From IMG/VR virus record IMGVR_UViG_3300025848_000037: 20,000 nt of DNA. One strand, 5' to 3'. Both the position numbers and the translations under genes were made by a program. Each line of letters begins with the position of its first letter. Position 1 is the stretch's first letter. Shown piece after piece: positions 8,870 through 15,616 of the stretch. Under the pieces are notes generated by a model. The model worked only from the letters and a program-made list of their open reading frames with translations, was not told the DNA's origin and did no database searches. This stretch comes from an uncultured virus (IMG/VR IMGVR_UViG_3300025848_000037). Taxonomy: Duplodnaviria > Heunggongvirae > Uroviricota > Caudoviricetes.

Positions 8870-8887
8870 AGTGGAACTTGTTCCACT
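8870..8887. promoter_or_regulatory. Palindromic operator-like site AGTGGAAC-TT-GTTCCACT
   Basis: Perfect 8-bp arms. The same 15-mer recurs at 7999-8013 (reverse) and 3172-3186. Confidence 0.6.
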
Positions 8888-8894
8888 CGACTTC

Positions 8895-8933
8895 AAAAAA
8901 AATGCTTGACGAGGTACTTGCAACCCCTACAAT
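8895..8933 (+). promoter_or_regulatory. Rightward sigma70 promoter for the small-gene cassette
   Basis: A-tract (8895-8902), TTGACG (8906-8911), 16 nt spacer, TACAAT (8928-8933). Confidence 0.75.
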
Positions 8934-8987
8934 ATCAGACATGGCAGCAGCCGCTGTCATGTGTCGCAACCTACTGGAGACCTACCC

Positions 8988-9158
8988 ATGAGTGACCAAT
9001 CCCTGAAGACGGCCTGCGTGCTGTCCGTCATGTTCGCTGTTCTGACTGTCGTCGTCGGACTGATCCTCGATGCTCTGTCGGTTGCGGACGCTGTCGTCTG
9101 CCTCACCTGCGTCGCTGTCCCCGCTGTCGCCCTGATCCTCGAAGGAGCACAAGCATGA
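8988..9158 (+). CDS. Small membrane protein, 56 aa, two predicted TM helices
   Basis: GGAGA RBS; two hydrophobic stretches; ATGA overlap with next gene. Confidence 0.7.
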   Translation: MSDQSLKTACVLSVMFAVLTVVVGLILDALSVADAVVCLTCVAVPAVALILEGAQA

Positions 9159-9394
9159 CCAAACTGAAAGCCCTCAAGACTGATCCAGTTGCTCTCAATG
9201 CCGCCCTGCGCCGGTTGCTGTCTCTGCTGGACACCACGGACGCCGAATTCCCGGACGCCTGCTGGCGCGTTGCATCCTCGACCGGCGTTGACTATGTCGC
9301 CCTAGCGGATGCGTACGACACTTACTGCGCCGCGCGCGACGATGTGACGCACGCTGACTGGTACGAGCGCGTGTCCCACGCCTGCGACCGCTGA
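9155..9394 (+). CDS. Hypothetical protein, 79 aa
   Basis: AAGGAG RBS; EFPDACWRVA...LADAYD. Confidence 0.75.
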   Translation: MTKLKALKTDPVALNAALRRLLSLLDTTDAEFPDACWRVASSTGVDYVALADAYDTYCAARDDVTHADWYERVSHACDR

Positions 9395-9465
9395 GAGTGC
9401 AGCCTGATGACCGGGGCCGCCCGGTCATTGGAGTGCAATCCCGCACGACTACGGAGAACATCATG
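9395..9465 (+). repeat. Structured intergenic element, copy 1
   Basis: CCTGATGACCGGG-GCCG-CCCGGTCATTGG, then GTGC-AATCCC-GCAC, then ACGGAGAACATCATG. Confidence 0.75.
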
Positions 9466-9711
9466 CCCGACTACTACCGACTCACGACGATGACCCACTA
9501 CGGCGCGATCACAGAGACTACCGAGATGCTGGTCACCGACGAGGATATGCTGGCCGCCGCGCAAGCAATGGACAGATCCGGCGGAGGGTTCGCGGAAGCA
9601 ATTGCGGCGGCATGGTTTCGCGCTGATTCTGGCAACCGCGAACGGCTGGCGGATGCCTTTGGTGACCTGTTCGGGCGCTTCGTCAAGCAGGCCTACGCCG
9701 ACAAGACTTGA
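9463..9711 (+). CDS. Hypothetical protein, 82 aa
   Basis: GGAG RBS; MDRSGGGFAEAIAAAWFRADSGNRERLADAFGDLF. Confidence 0.8.
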   Translation: MPDYYRLTTMTHYGAITETTEMLVTDEDMLAAAQAMDRSGGGFAEAIAAAWFRADSGNRERLADAFGDLFGRFVKQAYADKT

Positions 9712-9776
9712 TCCTGATGCCCCGCGTGCCGGGGCATTAGGATGGGGTTTTCCCATCGTCAACGGAGATCATCATG
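9703..9776 (+). repeat. Structured intergenic element, copy 2
   Basis: ATCCTGATGCCCCG-CGTGC-CGGGGCATTAGGAT, then GATGGG-GTTTT-CCCATC, then AACGGAGATCATCATG. Confidence 0.8.
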
Positions 9777-10028
9777 CGAATCACTTACCTACAGGATCCC
9801 GGTCATGGCTGGCTGGTCGTGCCTGCCGCCCTTGTCCGCAGCCTCGGCTGCCGCCCCTCTGACTACAGCTACCACGACCGCGCCGCTGATGTGGCGTACT
9901 TGGAGGAGGATTGCGACGCTGGGGCATTCATGCAGGCGCTGAAGGCTAGCGGTGTCGTGCCGCAGATCATCGACCACCACACCAACGATGACGCGTACTG
10001 CCGCAGCCTACCGCGTTGGAGGGGCTGA
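9774..10028 (+). CDS. Conserved hypothetical protein (DPGHGWL...YLEEDCD type), 84 aa
   Basis: Motifs DPGHGWL, SDYSY, YLEEDCD; good RBS. Confidence 0.85.
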   Translation: MRITYLQDPGHGWLVVPAALVRSLGCRPSDYSYHDRAADVAYLEEDCDAGAFMQALKASGVVPQIIDHHTNDDAYCRSLPRWRG

Positions 10029-10117
10029 TGACCACCAGACTCGCTGCCCTGATTGCTCAGGCCCGACTCTGGGCCATCCTCGCTGAAATGAAAGCCGCAC
10101 AAAGGAGCCGCAAATGA
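10028..10117 (+). CDS. Tiny ORF, 29 aa (MTTRLAALIAQARLWAILAEMKAAQRSRK)
   Basis: Manual translation; TGATG overlap upstream and ATGA overlap downstream. Confidence 0.5.
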   Translation: MTTRLAALIAQARLWAILAEMKAAQRSRK

Positions 10118-10281
10118 GACATCACGCCCAACACCCATTCGATCAAGAGATCCGCCGCCGCCTGTTCCAAGACCGCCGCGAGGCACGCGTGCAGGCCGCA
10201 TGGGAGTTCCTGCTTACCCTTGTCGTGTCCACAGCAATCGTCGGTGTCATCACGCTGATTGTCGTAACCCTCACGGAGTGA
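10114..10281 (+). CDS. Small protein with C-terminal TM helix, 55 aa
   Basis: Manual translation MRHHAQHPFDQEIRRR...WEFLLTLVVSTAIVGVITLIVVTLTE; AAGGAG RBS. Confidence 0.65.
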   Translation: MRHHAQHPFDQEIRRRLFQDRREARVQAAWEFLLTLVVSTAIVGVITLIVVTLTE

Positions 10282-10283
10282 CC

Positions 10284-10451
10284 ATGAATCTTTATAAATT
10301 TACCTGTTCTGTGTGGGTGCGGGGCGAAAGCCTTGAAGCTGCCCTGCAGGAGCTGCACGAGGAAGTTGACTACCACTTTGGCCTCGACAACAACCTGATT
10401 GCGCTGGAAAGCGACGAGGGTGTGTTGGCTGAAGAAGGAGAAAGCAAATGA
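10284..10451 (+). CDS. Acidic hypothetical protein, 55 aa
   Basis: GGAG RBS then MNLYKFTCSVWVRGES... Confidence 0.7.
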   Translation: MNLYKFTCSVWVRGESLEAALQELHEEVDYHFGLDNNLIALESDEGVLAEEGESK

Positions 10452-10663
10452 ACGCACCGATCATTAAAGACGGATGGGCACTAATCCACGAGCGCACCGG
10501 AAAGTTGGTCAGTGAGCGCGATGTGGTGCTGGACTTCAGGGGCGAGGCCGACACCATCATGGGAGGCAATCCCCCGCACAAACCCAGCTCAACGGGGCGT
10601 GTCTGGGTGGAGCGCGGCGAGTTCTTCCCTTCCGTTTTCAACCTTAAATGGGTACGCAACTAG
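10448..10663 (+). CDS. Conserved hypothetical protein, 71 aa
   Basis: DFRGE...GGNPPHKPSSTGRVWV...FFPSVFNLKW; AAGGAG RBS. Confidence 0.8.
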   Translation: MNAPIIKDGWALIHERTGKLVSERDVVLDFRGEADTIMGGNPPHKPSSTGRVWVERGEFFPSVFNLKWVRN

Positions 10664-10672
10664 GACGGAATC

Positions 10673-10743
10673 CACAACATCCCCTGTAGCCCCGCGTGCG
10701 AGGCTATGGGGGGGCGTTGTGCCCTCTAACGGAGATCAACATG
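10673..10743 (+). repeat. Structured intergenic element, copy 3
   Basis: CCCCTGTAGCC-CCGCGTGCGA-GGCTATGGGGG, then GGGC-GTTGT-GCCC, then AACGGAGATCAACATG. Confidence 0.75.
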
Positions 10744-10929
10744 GATATTCACAAGCTGGATTTTTGGCTGCTCGATGCGTACGCATTGGGCTACTACGAT
10801 GGACGCCACCACGGGAGCGAAGACACCCCCGAAGAGTACGACGATGACCGCCGCTACCTGTACAAGGTCGGCTACCAACGCGGCGTGACTGACTACTGCC
10901 ACGACAAACACCCGGAGACTCAATCATGA
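10741..10929 (+). CDS. Hypothetical protein, 62 aa, with two GYxxG motifs
   Basis: AYALGYYDG...YKVGYQRG; RBS GGAG. Confidence 0.75.
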   Translation: MDIHKLDFWLLDAYALGYYDGRHHGSEDTPEEYDDDRRYLYKVGYQRGVTDYCHDKHPETQS

Positions 10930-11126
10930 AACGACCTGAAAACATCCACGACGCACTTCGTCACCTGCACGATCTGACAATGGCTATCGCCAACGACATG
11001 AACAATTACATGGATAACCCACAAGACCACAAACCGGAGTACTTTGAGGCTGTCCATGCGGCAGCGCTTGATGCTCACCTGCTGGTCACATGGGTGAGGG
11101 ACAACCTAGCGGAAATGCAGAAATGA
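10926..11126 (+). CDS. Hypothetical helical protein, 66 aa
   Basis: GGAG RBS, ATGA overlaps at both ends. Confidence 0.7.
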   Translation: MKRPENIHDALRHLHDLTMAIANDMNNYMDNPQDHKPEYFEAVHAAALDAHLLVTWVRDNLAEMQK

Positions 11127-11803
11127 AATACACATTCGTCCGCAAGAGTGGCAACCGCAAAACCGGGCCAATCCCACAGACCTACAACTCGCGCTCGACC
11201 TGCCCTCCAAGCTGCGCCCACTATCGAACAAGCTGCTACGCTGAAGACTTCTACACCCGCATGGCATGGCACAAAGTAGACCGCACCGGGATGGATATCA
11301 CCGGGCTAGTGCGTGAGATAGCCCGGCTGCCAGACGGACAGCTTTGGCGCTACTCCGTCGCTGGTGACCTACCCGGCGCGGGGGAACTGGTTGACGCGTA
11401 CGAGCTAGGCCAAATCGTTTCCGCAAACCGAGGCAAACGAGGGTTCACCTACACCCACAAAAAATCCGCCGCCGCAATCAAGTGGGCGCGGCACGCAATC
11501 GAGTGGGGTTTTACTGTGAACCTATCCGCCGATGATGCAGGAGAGGCAGACCGCCTGCACCGCCACGGCCTGCCGATTGTCGTGACTGTGCCAATGGACA
11601 CCCCGCGCCAATCGTTCACCCCAGCAGGACACCCGATCATTGTCTGCCCCGCACAGACAACCGATCATGTGACTTGCGAAACCTGCGGCCTGTGTCAAAA
11701 CGCTACCCGCAGATCCATCGTCGGTTTCCGCGCCCACGGGTCAAAGGCACGCGTTGCCGACCAACGAGCACGCAAAGTTATCCCGATTCGGAGCACGCAA
11801 TGA
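11123..11803 (+). CDS. Cys-rich Gp88-like / radical-SAM-like Fe-S protein, 226 aa
   Basis: N-terminal CPPSCAHYRTSCYA (CX3CX6C), WRYSVAGDL, FTYTH, VNLSAD, and C-terminal CPAQ-X6-CETCGLC. Confidence 0.65.
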   Translation: MKYTFVRKSGNRKTGPIPQTYNSRSTCPPSCAHYRTSCYAEDFYTRMAWHKVDRTGMDITGLVREIARLPDGQLWRYSVAGDLPGAGELVDAYELGQIVSANRGKRGFTYTHKKSAAAIKWARHAIEWGFTVNLSADDAGEADRLHRHGLPIVVTVPMDTPRQSFTPAGHPIIVCPAQTTDHVTCETCGLCQNATRRSIVGFRAHGSKARVADQRARKVIPIRSTQ

Positions 11804-12111
11804 ACGCCGAGCAAATACTGAAACGATTGATTGCACCGCAGAACAGGCCTGCCGGGATGTATCTGCGTCTTTACCACGGACGCCCATCACCCAAACACGA
11901 AATGGAGGGCTGGGGGCCAGATGGCCCGGTTTTCGGGCCTCTGAAGTATTGCCACATCACCTACATGAGCACGATCAATATTTGTGGCATGGACGATGAG
12001 GATACCGGGCCAATGAGCGGGGATGATCCGATACATTTTGTTGACGATTTGATTTTTTACGATGGCTGGTACTACGGGGACTGGGCCTTTGAATATGAGG
12101 ATGGAAAATGA
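11800..12111 (+). CDS. Conserved hypothetical protein, 103 aa
   Basis: YLRLYHGR...GWGPDGPVFGPL...HITY...YDGWYYGDW; ATGA overlap. Confidence 0.75.
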   Translation: MNAEQILKRLIAPQNRPAGMYLRLYHGRPSPKHEMEGWGPDGPVFGPLKYCHITYMSTINICGMDDEDTGPMSGDDPIHFVDDLIFYDGWYYGDWAFEYEDGK

Positions 12112-12290
12112 CTGACTGCCAAATGCACACGAAAACCGATGGAAGCTGGTGGGAGCACGATGGGCAGGGCATCCCCCTTTGCCGCGTGTGCTCCAACTGC
12201 CGCGACGAAAAGCTACGCCGCTATCGGCCTGAGATTTTGGCCTACTACACACAGGCCGACATCGACGAGCAGATCGAGGAGGATTACTGA
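12108..12290 (+). CDS. Small Cys/His protein, 60 aa
   Basis: DGQGIPLCRVCSNC...YRPEIL; ATGA overlap. Confidence 0.75.
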   Translation: MTDCQMHTKTDGSWWEHDGQGIPLCRVCSNCRDEKLRRYRPEILAYYTQADIDEQIEEDY

Positions 12291-12291
12291 A

Positions 12292-12504
12292 ATGATGCTG
12301 GACACACCCGAACAGATCGCTGGAGCACGAATGCTTACCCTGTTTGCAGGCCTGAAGCTGGAGGTACTGGGGATGCGGAAATCAGGCCGCAGTTGCTACC
12401 AGATCGTTAAGCAGGAATTTGGACTGAAGGGCACGCGCCGACAAGTGCTCGACGCGTATCAGGAACTGCTGTACGAACGAGGGCTAAAGCAACGGCCTCA
12501 GTAA
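12292..12504 (+). CDS. Hypothetical protein, 70 aa
   Basis: MMLDTPEQI...GLKLEVLGM...VKQEFGLKG; GGAGG upstream. Confidence 0.7.
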   Translation: MMLDTPEQIAGARMLTLFAGLKLEVLGMRKSGRSCYQIVKQEFGLKGTRRQVLDAYQELLYERGLKQRPQ

Positions 12505-13278
12505 CGCCGCCGCCGCCTCTGTGCCGAGCCTAGCCTCGGCATCATTGAAATCCTCCCCTAGCTGGCCTAGCCAGATTCGGGAGGATACTTTTTTGGCGGC
12601 ACGCTGGCCTGCGCCGCTGGCATCATGGTCTGCCACCACCAACGGGTTCCGCAGCCGCTGGCCTATCTCGACCATGTTCTGGGCCGAGAAGCAGACATGG
12701 ATGCGATACCGCTGCCGGGCGTGTTTCAGCGCACGCCGCACCGACAGGCCGGTGGCGAAGCCTTCGACGAGGATGTCCTGGCCCTTGTTGTCGATCACGA
12801 GGCTAGCGCCCTTTGTCAGCTGGCCGGCCAGGAACCGCTTCGTGCCGTCCGCGGCTATGAGCTGGCAGCCAACTAATTTGTCGCCCACCCGCATCGGTAG
12901 CACGAGGCTACCCTCCCAGACATACCCTTCGAGTTCAGGGAATCCCTTCTTCGCTAGGTATGGGTGCGTGGCTTTCGGTGCCGAGTTGAGAATCCACGCC
13001 GCCCGATGTGCCGCACGCTCCTGCCTAGCACGACGCTCTTTGTCTGCCTTCTCGCGCCTGGCCTTGGCCTCGGGGTCTGGCCTGTAGGCTTCGTCGGACT
13101 TGTACGGGATGTGCTTGTCATGCACCGCGAAGTTGATGAGCGCACCCATCCTGCCATCGAAGATGTAGGCGCCGTTGGCCTTCTTCGGGTGGTCAATGGT
13201 GGGCACGCGCATCCAGCGGTCGAGCACGAGGCTGCGGATGATGAGTCCGTGCATCTCCGCAAACTGTTCAAAGGTCAC
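12484..13278 (-). CDS. TOPRIM-domain primase-like protein
   Basis: HPYLAKKG, LVLPM, QLI...GTKRFL, TOPRIM motifs LVEGFATG, VADHD, EDFND. Confidence 0.85.
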   Translation of the reverse strand: MTFEQFAEMHGLIIRSLVLDRWMRVPTIDHPKKANGAYIFDGRMGALINFAVHDKHIPYKSDEAYRPDPEAKARREKADKERRARQERAAHRAAWILNSAPKATHPYLAKKGFPELEGYVWEGSLVLPMRVGDKLVGCQLIAADGTKRFLAGQLTKGASLVIDNKGQDILVEGFATGLSVRRALKHARQRYRIHVCFSAQNMVEIGQRLRNPLVVADHDASGAGQRAAKKVSSRIWLGQLGEDFNDAEARLGTEAAAALLRPLL

Positions 13279-13472
13279 TTCGCGCTGGGCCTGTTGTTGT
13301 GACGCTCTTCCATCACTTTGATGGCGCCAATAACTTCACCAATCTGGGCCAGGGCGTAAAGAGCGCACTTGTTTGCATCTTCAAACCGGTTCTCAAGCAT
13401 GAATTTATGAAGATCTTTGAGCGCTGCGTCGGCCATCATGGCCGGGAAAGAGTAATCAACTAGTTTGGTCAT
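13275..13472 (-). CDS. Hypothetical protein, 65 aa
   Basis: Coupled ORF with overlapping start/stop codons. Confidence 0.7.
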   Translation of the reverse strand: MTKLVDYSFPAMMADAALKDLHKFMLENRFEDANKCALYALAQIGEVIGAIKVMEERHNNRPSAK

Positions 13473-13729
13473 TTTGTTTGCTTATATTTCTTGCGCCATG
13501 CCCGGACGGACTTGGGGTCTACGTTGTAGTAGTTGGCTACGTCTTGGATGGTTCCTTCTGCCATAGCCACTTCCCGCTGTTTATCTTCCTGCTCCTTCCT
13601 TTTGTCATCGTGGGTGTGGACAAGAACCTCTTCGGTTGTGAAGCGATGTAAATTGCCACACTCCCGAACACGCCTTGGCATCCGGGTCGTGACAACCCGG
13701 CTCCATGCGTTGCACGTAGGGCAGTTCAT
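13469..13729 (-). CDS. Zn-ribbon (NrdR N-terminal-like) plus C-terminal HTH protein
   Basis: MNCPTC...RRVRECGNLHRFTTEE, and TIQDVANYYNVDPKSVRAWRKK. Confidence 0.7.
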   Translation of the reverse strand: MNCPTCNAWSRVVTTRMPRRVRECGNLHRFTTEEVLVHTHDDKRKEQEDKQREVAMAEGTIQDVANYYNVDPKSVRAWRKKYKQTK

Positions 13730-13980
13730 TTAGGAATGGCTCTGGAATAGACAGAGAACTGCCTGACGCTAATGGTGCTCTGCACCGACTTGTTAGACAG
13801 GTTGGGAATGGTGCCAAGGGAGATGCCCATAGCCCGGCTACGCTCCACCACCTGAGTCTGGCTCTGCGACATAGTTGCACCATGCCCCCGGAAGTGAGCG
13901 TCTTGCAAGAACACAGACGGGCTGTGGTCATGCTTCCAGTGGAAGGGGCTATCTACCGGGCAATTGCATTTAAATTTCAT
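13726..13980 (-). CDS. Hypothetical protein, 84 aa
   Basis: CNCPVDSPFHW; start/stop overlaps at both ends. Confidence 0.65.
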   Translation of the reverse strand: MKFKCNCPVDSPFHWKHDHSPSVFLQDAHFRGHGATMSQSQTQVVERSRAMGISLGTIPNLSNKSVQSTISVRQFSVYSRAIPK

Positions 13981-14174
13981 GATGGCTTTCTTATTCCTGT
14001 TTCAAAGTCTTCTCGTTTATCTGCGCTGTTGTGTGTGGCAACCATGTGTTCCATGTCAAGGCCGGGGCAGCACCAGCAGTGGGGGCTAAGGATATGCTCG
14101 TATAAATCCTCGTCTGGCACAACGTGGGTAACGTAGTGCCCGTCGTTAGACCACCCCGATATGGTTACCCACAT
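13977..14174 (-). CDS. Small His/Cys metal-binding hypothetical protein, 65 aa
   Basis: HVVP-D-EH...CWCCP...HNSADKRE. Confidence 0.7.
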   Translation of the reverse strand: MWVTISGWSNDGHYVTHVVPDEDLYEHILSPHCWCCPGLDMEHMVATHNSADKREDFETGIRKPS

Positions 14175-14842
14175 GGTTGTTCAAACTTGTAGTCATGGAA
14201 TACTGCGCCACGGGATTTATCCCCAACCTCGCAATTCCTGACCCACACTCGCTTGCCTGTTTTCTTCATGGTTCTCCAATGGCCTCTGCGCTCGTGCCAC
14301 CTTGGTGGCGCATGGGTTCCCCCTTGAGGGTCTTGCTTGGGCTTGGATGGCTCTATGGTTATCGTTGTCCAATCATAGGTTGGCATTTTTCCTTGACGGA
14401 TTTTCTTGTCCCAGTTGGCCCTCTTAATGATTTGATGCCCGGTCACGGGCTTGGTGTCCAATGACTCACAAAACGCTGCAATGAACGCTAGGACACCAGT
14501 TGCATAGCTTGTTCGGTAGTCAAAGCGTGTGCCGTCCTTGTGGCGAACCTTGATGCCCTCATCATCAATTATAAAAAAAAAGGTTGATATTGTTCGCGTT
14601 GATTTTTTGTCCCATTGCAAACCTGTAACCCCGGTAATTTCTCCAACGCGAGTTACAAAAATAACAACCTTCTTATTGTCATACTCGCAAGCAAGGGCAG
14701 TACGTGGGTATGGCAAGGGGCGGGAAAGAATTTCAGGACTTACTTTTTGTTCCTTGCGGTACACCGCACTCATATCAAACCAATGATGTTCAACTGCCTT
14801 TTCTGGATTTATAGCCACAAGCTCTTGAATTAGTGGCGTCAT
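14165..14842 (-). CDS. Conserved phage protein with HxRRGHWR motif, 225 aa
   Basis: GGTHAPPRWHERRGHWR...VWVRNCEVG...HDY at the C-terminus. Confidence 0.8.
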   Translation of the reverse strand: MTPLIQELVAINPEKAVEHHWFDMSAVYRKEQKVSPEILSRPLPYPRTALACEYDNKKVVIFVTRVGEITGVTGLQWDKKSTRTISTFFFIIDDEGIKVRHKDGTRFDYRTSYATGVLAFIAAFCESLDTKPVTGHQIIKRANWDKKIRQGKMPTYDWTTITIEPSKPKQDPQGGTHAPPRWHERRGHWRTMKKTGKRVWVRNCEVGDKSRGAVFHDYKFEQPCG

Positions 14843-14976
14843 GTGTTCTTCCCCTTAATTAGCGTTCCACAAATTTGACAATGCTGGTACTCACCTTCGC
14901 TTTTTTCCGGGTACTTGGCGCGAATCAAATGTCCCGTTTTTTCGCATAACCAGAATAACCAGATAAAAACCCTCAT
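14839..14976 (-). CDS. Small Zn-finger-like ORF, 45 aa
   Basis: Manual translation MRVFIWLFWLCEKTGHLIRAKYPEKSEGEYQHCQICGTLIKGKNT; ATGA overlaps both ends. Confidence 0.65.
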   Translation of the reverse strand: MRVFIWLFWLCEKTGHLIRAKYPEKSEGEYQHCQICGTLIKGKNT

Positions 14977-15215
14977 GTGTTCTTCTCCTTTAGTTTGGCT
15001 TCAATGGCGCGGGCAAATCGCACATCTTCTTCGGATTCGCACAGTGTCAAATCCTCATCCGTCAACCCCACCCATCTACGCCTGACTCCAGACAAATCCA
15101 AATCAGCCTTCAAAAGATCGTCCATCACTCGCTGATCGTCTTCGTTCCAATTCTCTGGATACGCCTGCTTGAACGAATCAAGCGCATCCCATGCGCGACG
15201 CAGTAGGTCAACCAT
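14973..15215 (-). CDS. Hypothetical protein ending WVGLTDED...FARAIEAKLKEKNT, 80 aa
   Basis: GGAG RBS; C-terminal module shared with neighbour. Confidence 0.75.
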   Translation of the reverse strand: MVDLLRRAWDALDSFKQAYPENWNEDDQRVMDDLLKADLDLSGVRRRWVGLTDEDLTLCESEEDVRFARAIEAKLKEKNT

Positions 15216-15459
15216 GGTTCTTCTCCCGCAGCTTGGCCTCCACGGCGCGGGCAAATCGCACATTCCAGTCTGGTGATTCGTGGAAATGCGTTGCATTGTC
15301 GGCGGCTTCAATCTCCTCTTTTGTTAACGACACCCACTCACGCTCGGGCTTGAGCTTGGCCTTCACAGCGTCGATGAGCATCGCCCGGTCAAACGCATCG
15401 TTAGGGCTGTCTTCGATCCATCGCAGGCACAGCGCCAGCAGTTCTTTTTCAGTCGGCAT
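15208..15459 (-). CDS. Hypothetical protein ending WVSLTKEE...FARAVEAKLREKNHG
   Basis: AAGGAG RBS; paralogous C-terminus. Confidence 0.75.
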   Translation of the reverse strand: MPTEKELLALCLRWIEDSPNDAFDRAMLIDAVKAKLKPEREWVSLTKEEIEAADNATHFHESPDWNVRFARAVEAKLREKNHG

Positions 15460-15616
15460 CAATCATCTCCTTTAGTTCTTCCATGCACTCGGCCCAGCCC
15501 AGCAGCATGTACCACACGTAGTCATTGCGCGGGGTACGTTCAAAACAGAAATGCGCCATAGCTAGGTAGTTGTCGGCTGCGGCCCACCAGCGGCTGCGTT
15601 CGTAGTCAGGATGCAT
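15449..15616 (-). CDS. Hypothetical protein, 55 aa
   Basis: Manual translation MHPDYERSRWWAAADNYLAMAHFCF...EELKEMIDAD; fills the gap; GGGGAG RBS. Confidence 0.6.
   Translation of the reverse strand: MHPDYERSRWWAAADNYLAMAHFCFERTPRNDYVWYMLLGWAECMEELKEMIDAD

Noticed and set aside
8578..8886. 102-aa minus-strand ORF overlapping the terS start
   Set aside because: Runs through the promoter and palindrome and overlaps terS out of frame; no RBS.
9395..10743. Repeated hairpins as Rho-independent terminators or a CRISPR array
   Set aside because: No U-tract after the stems; copies are diverged and separated by whole genes, not 30-40 bp spacers; no cas genes.
14973..15311. Near-identical gene ends as a diversity-generating retroelement TR/VR pair
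   Set aside because: Homology is only about 45 bp, differences are not confined to adenines, and no reverse transcriptase is in the window.
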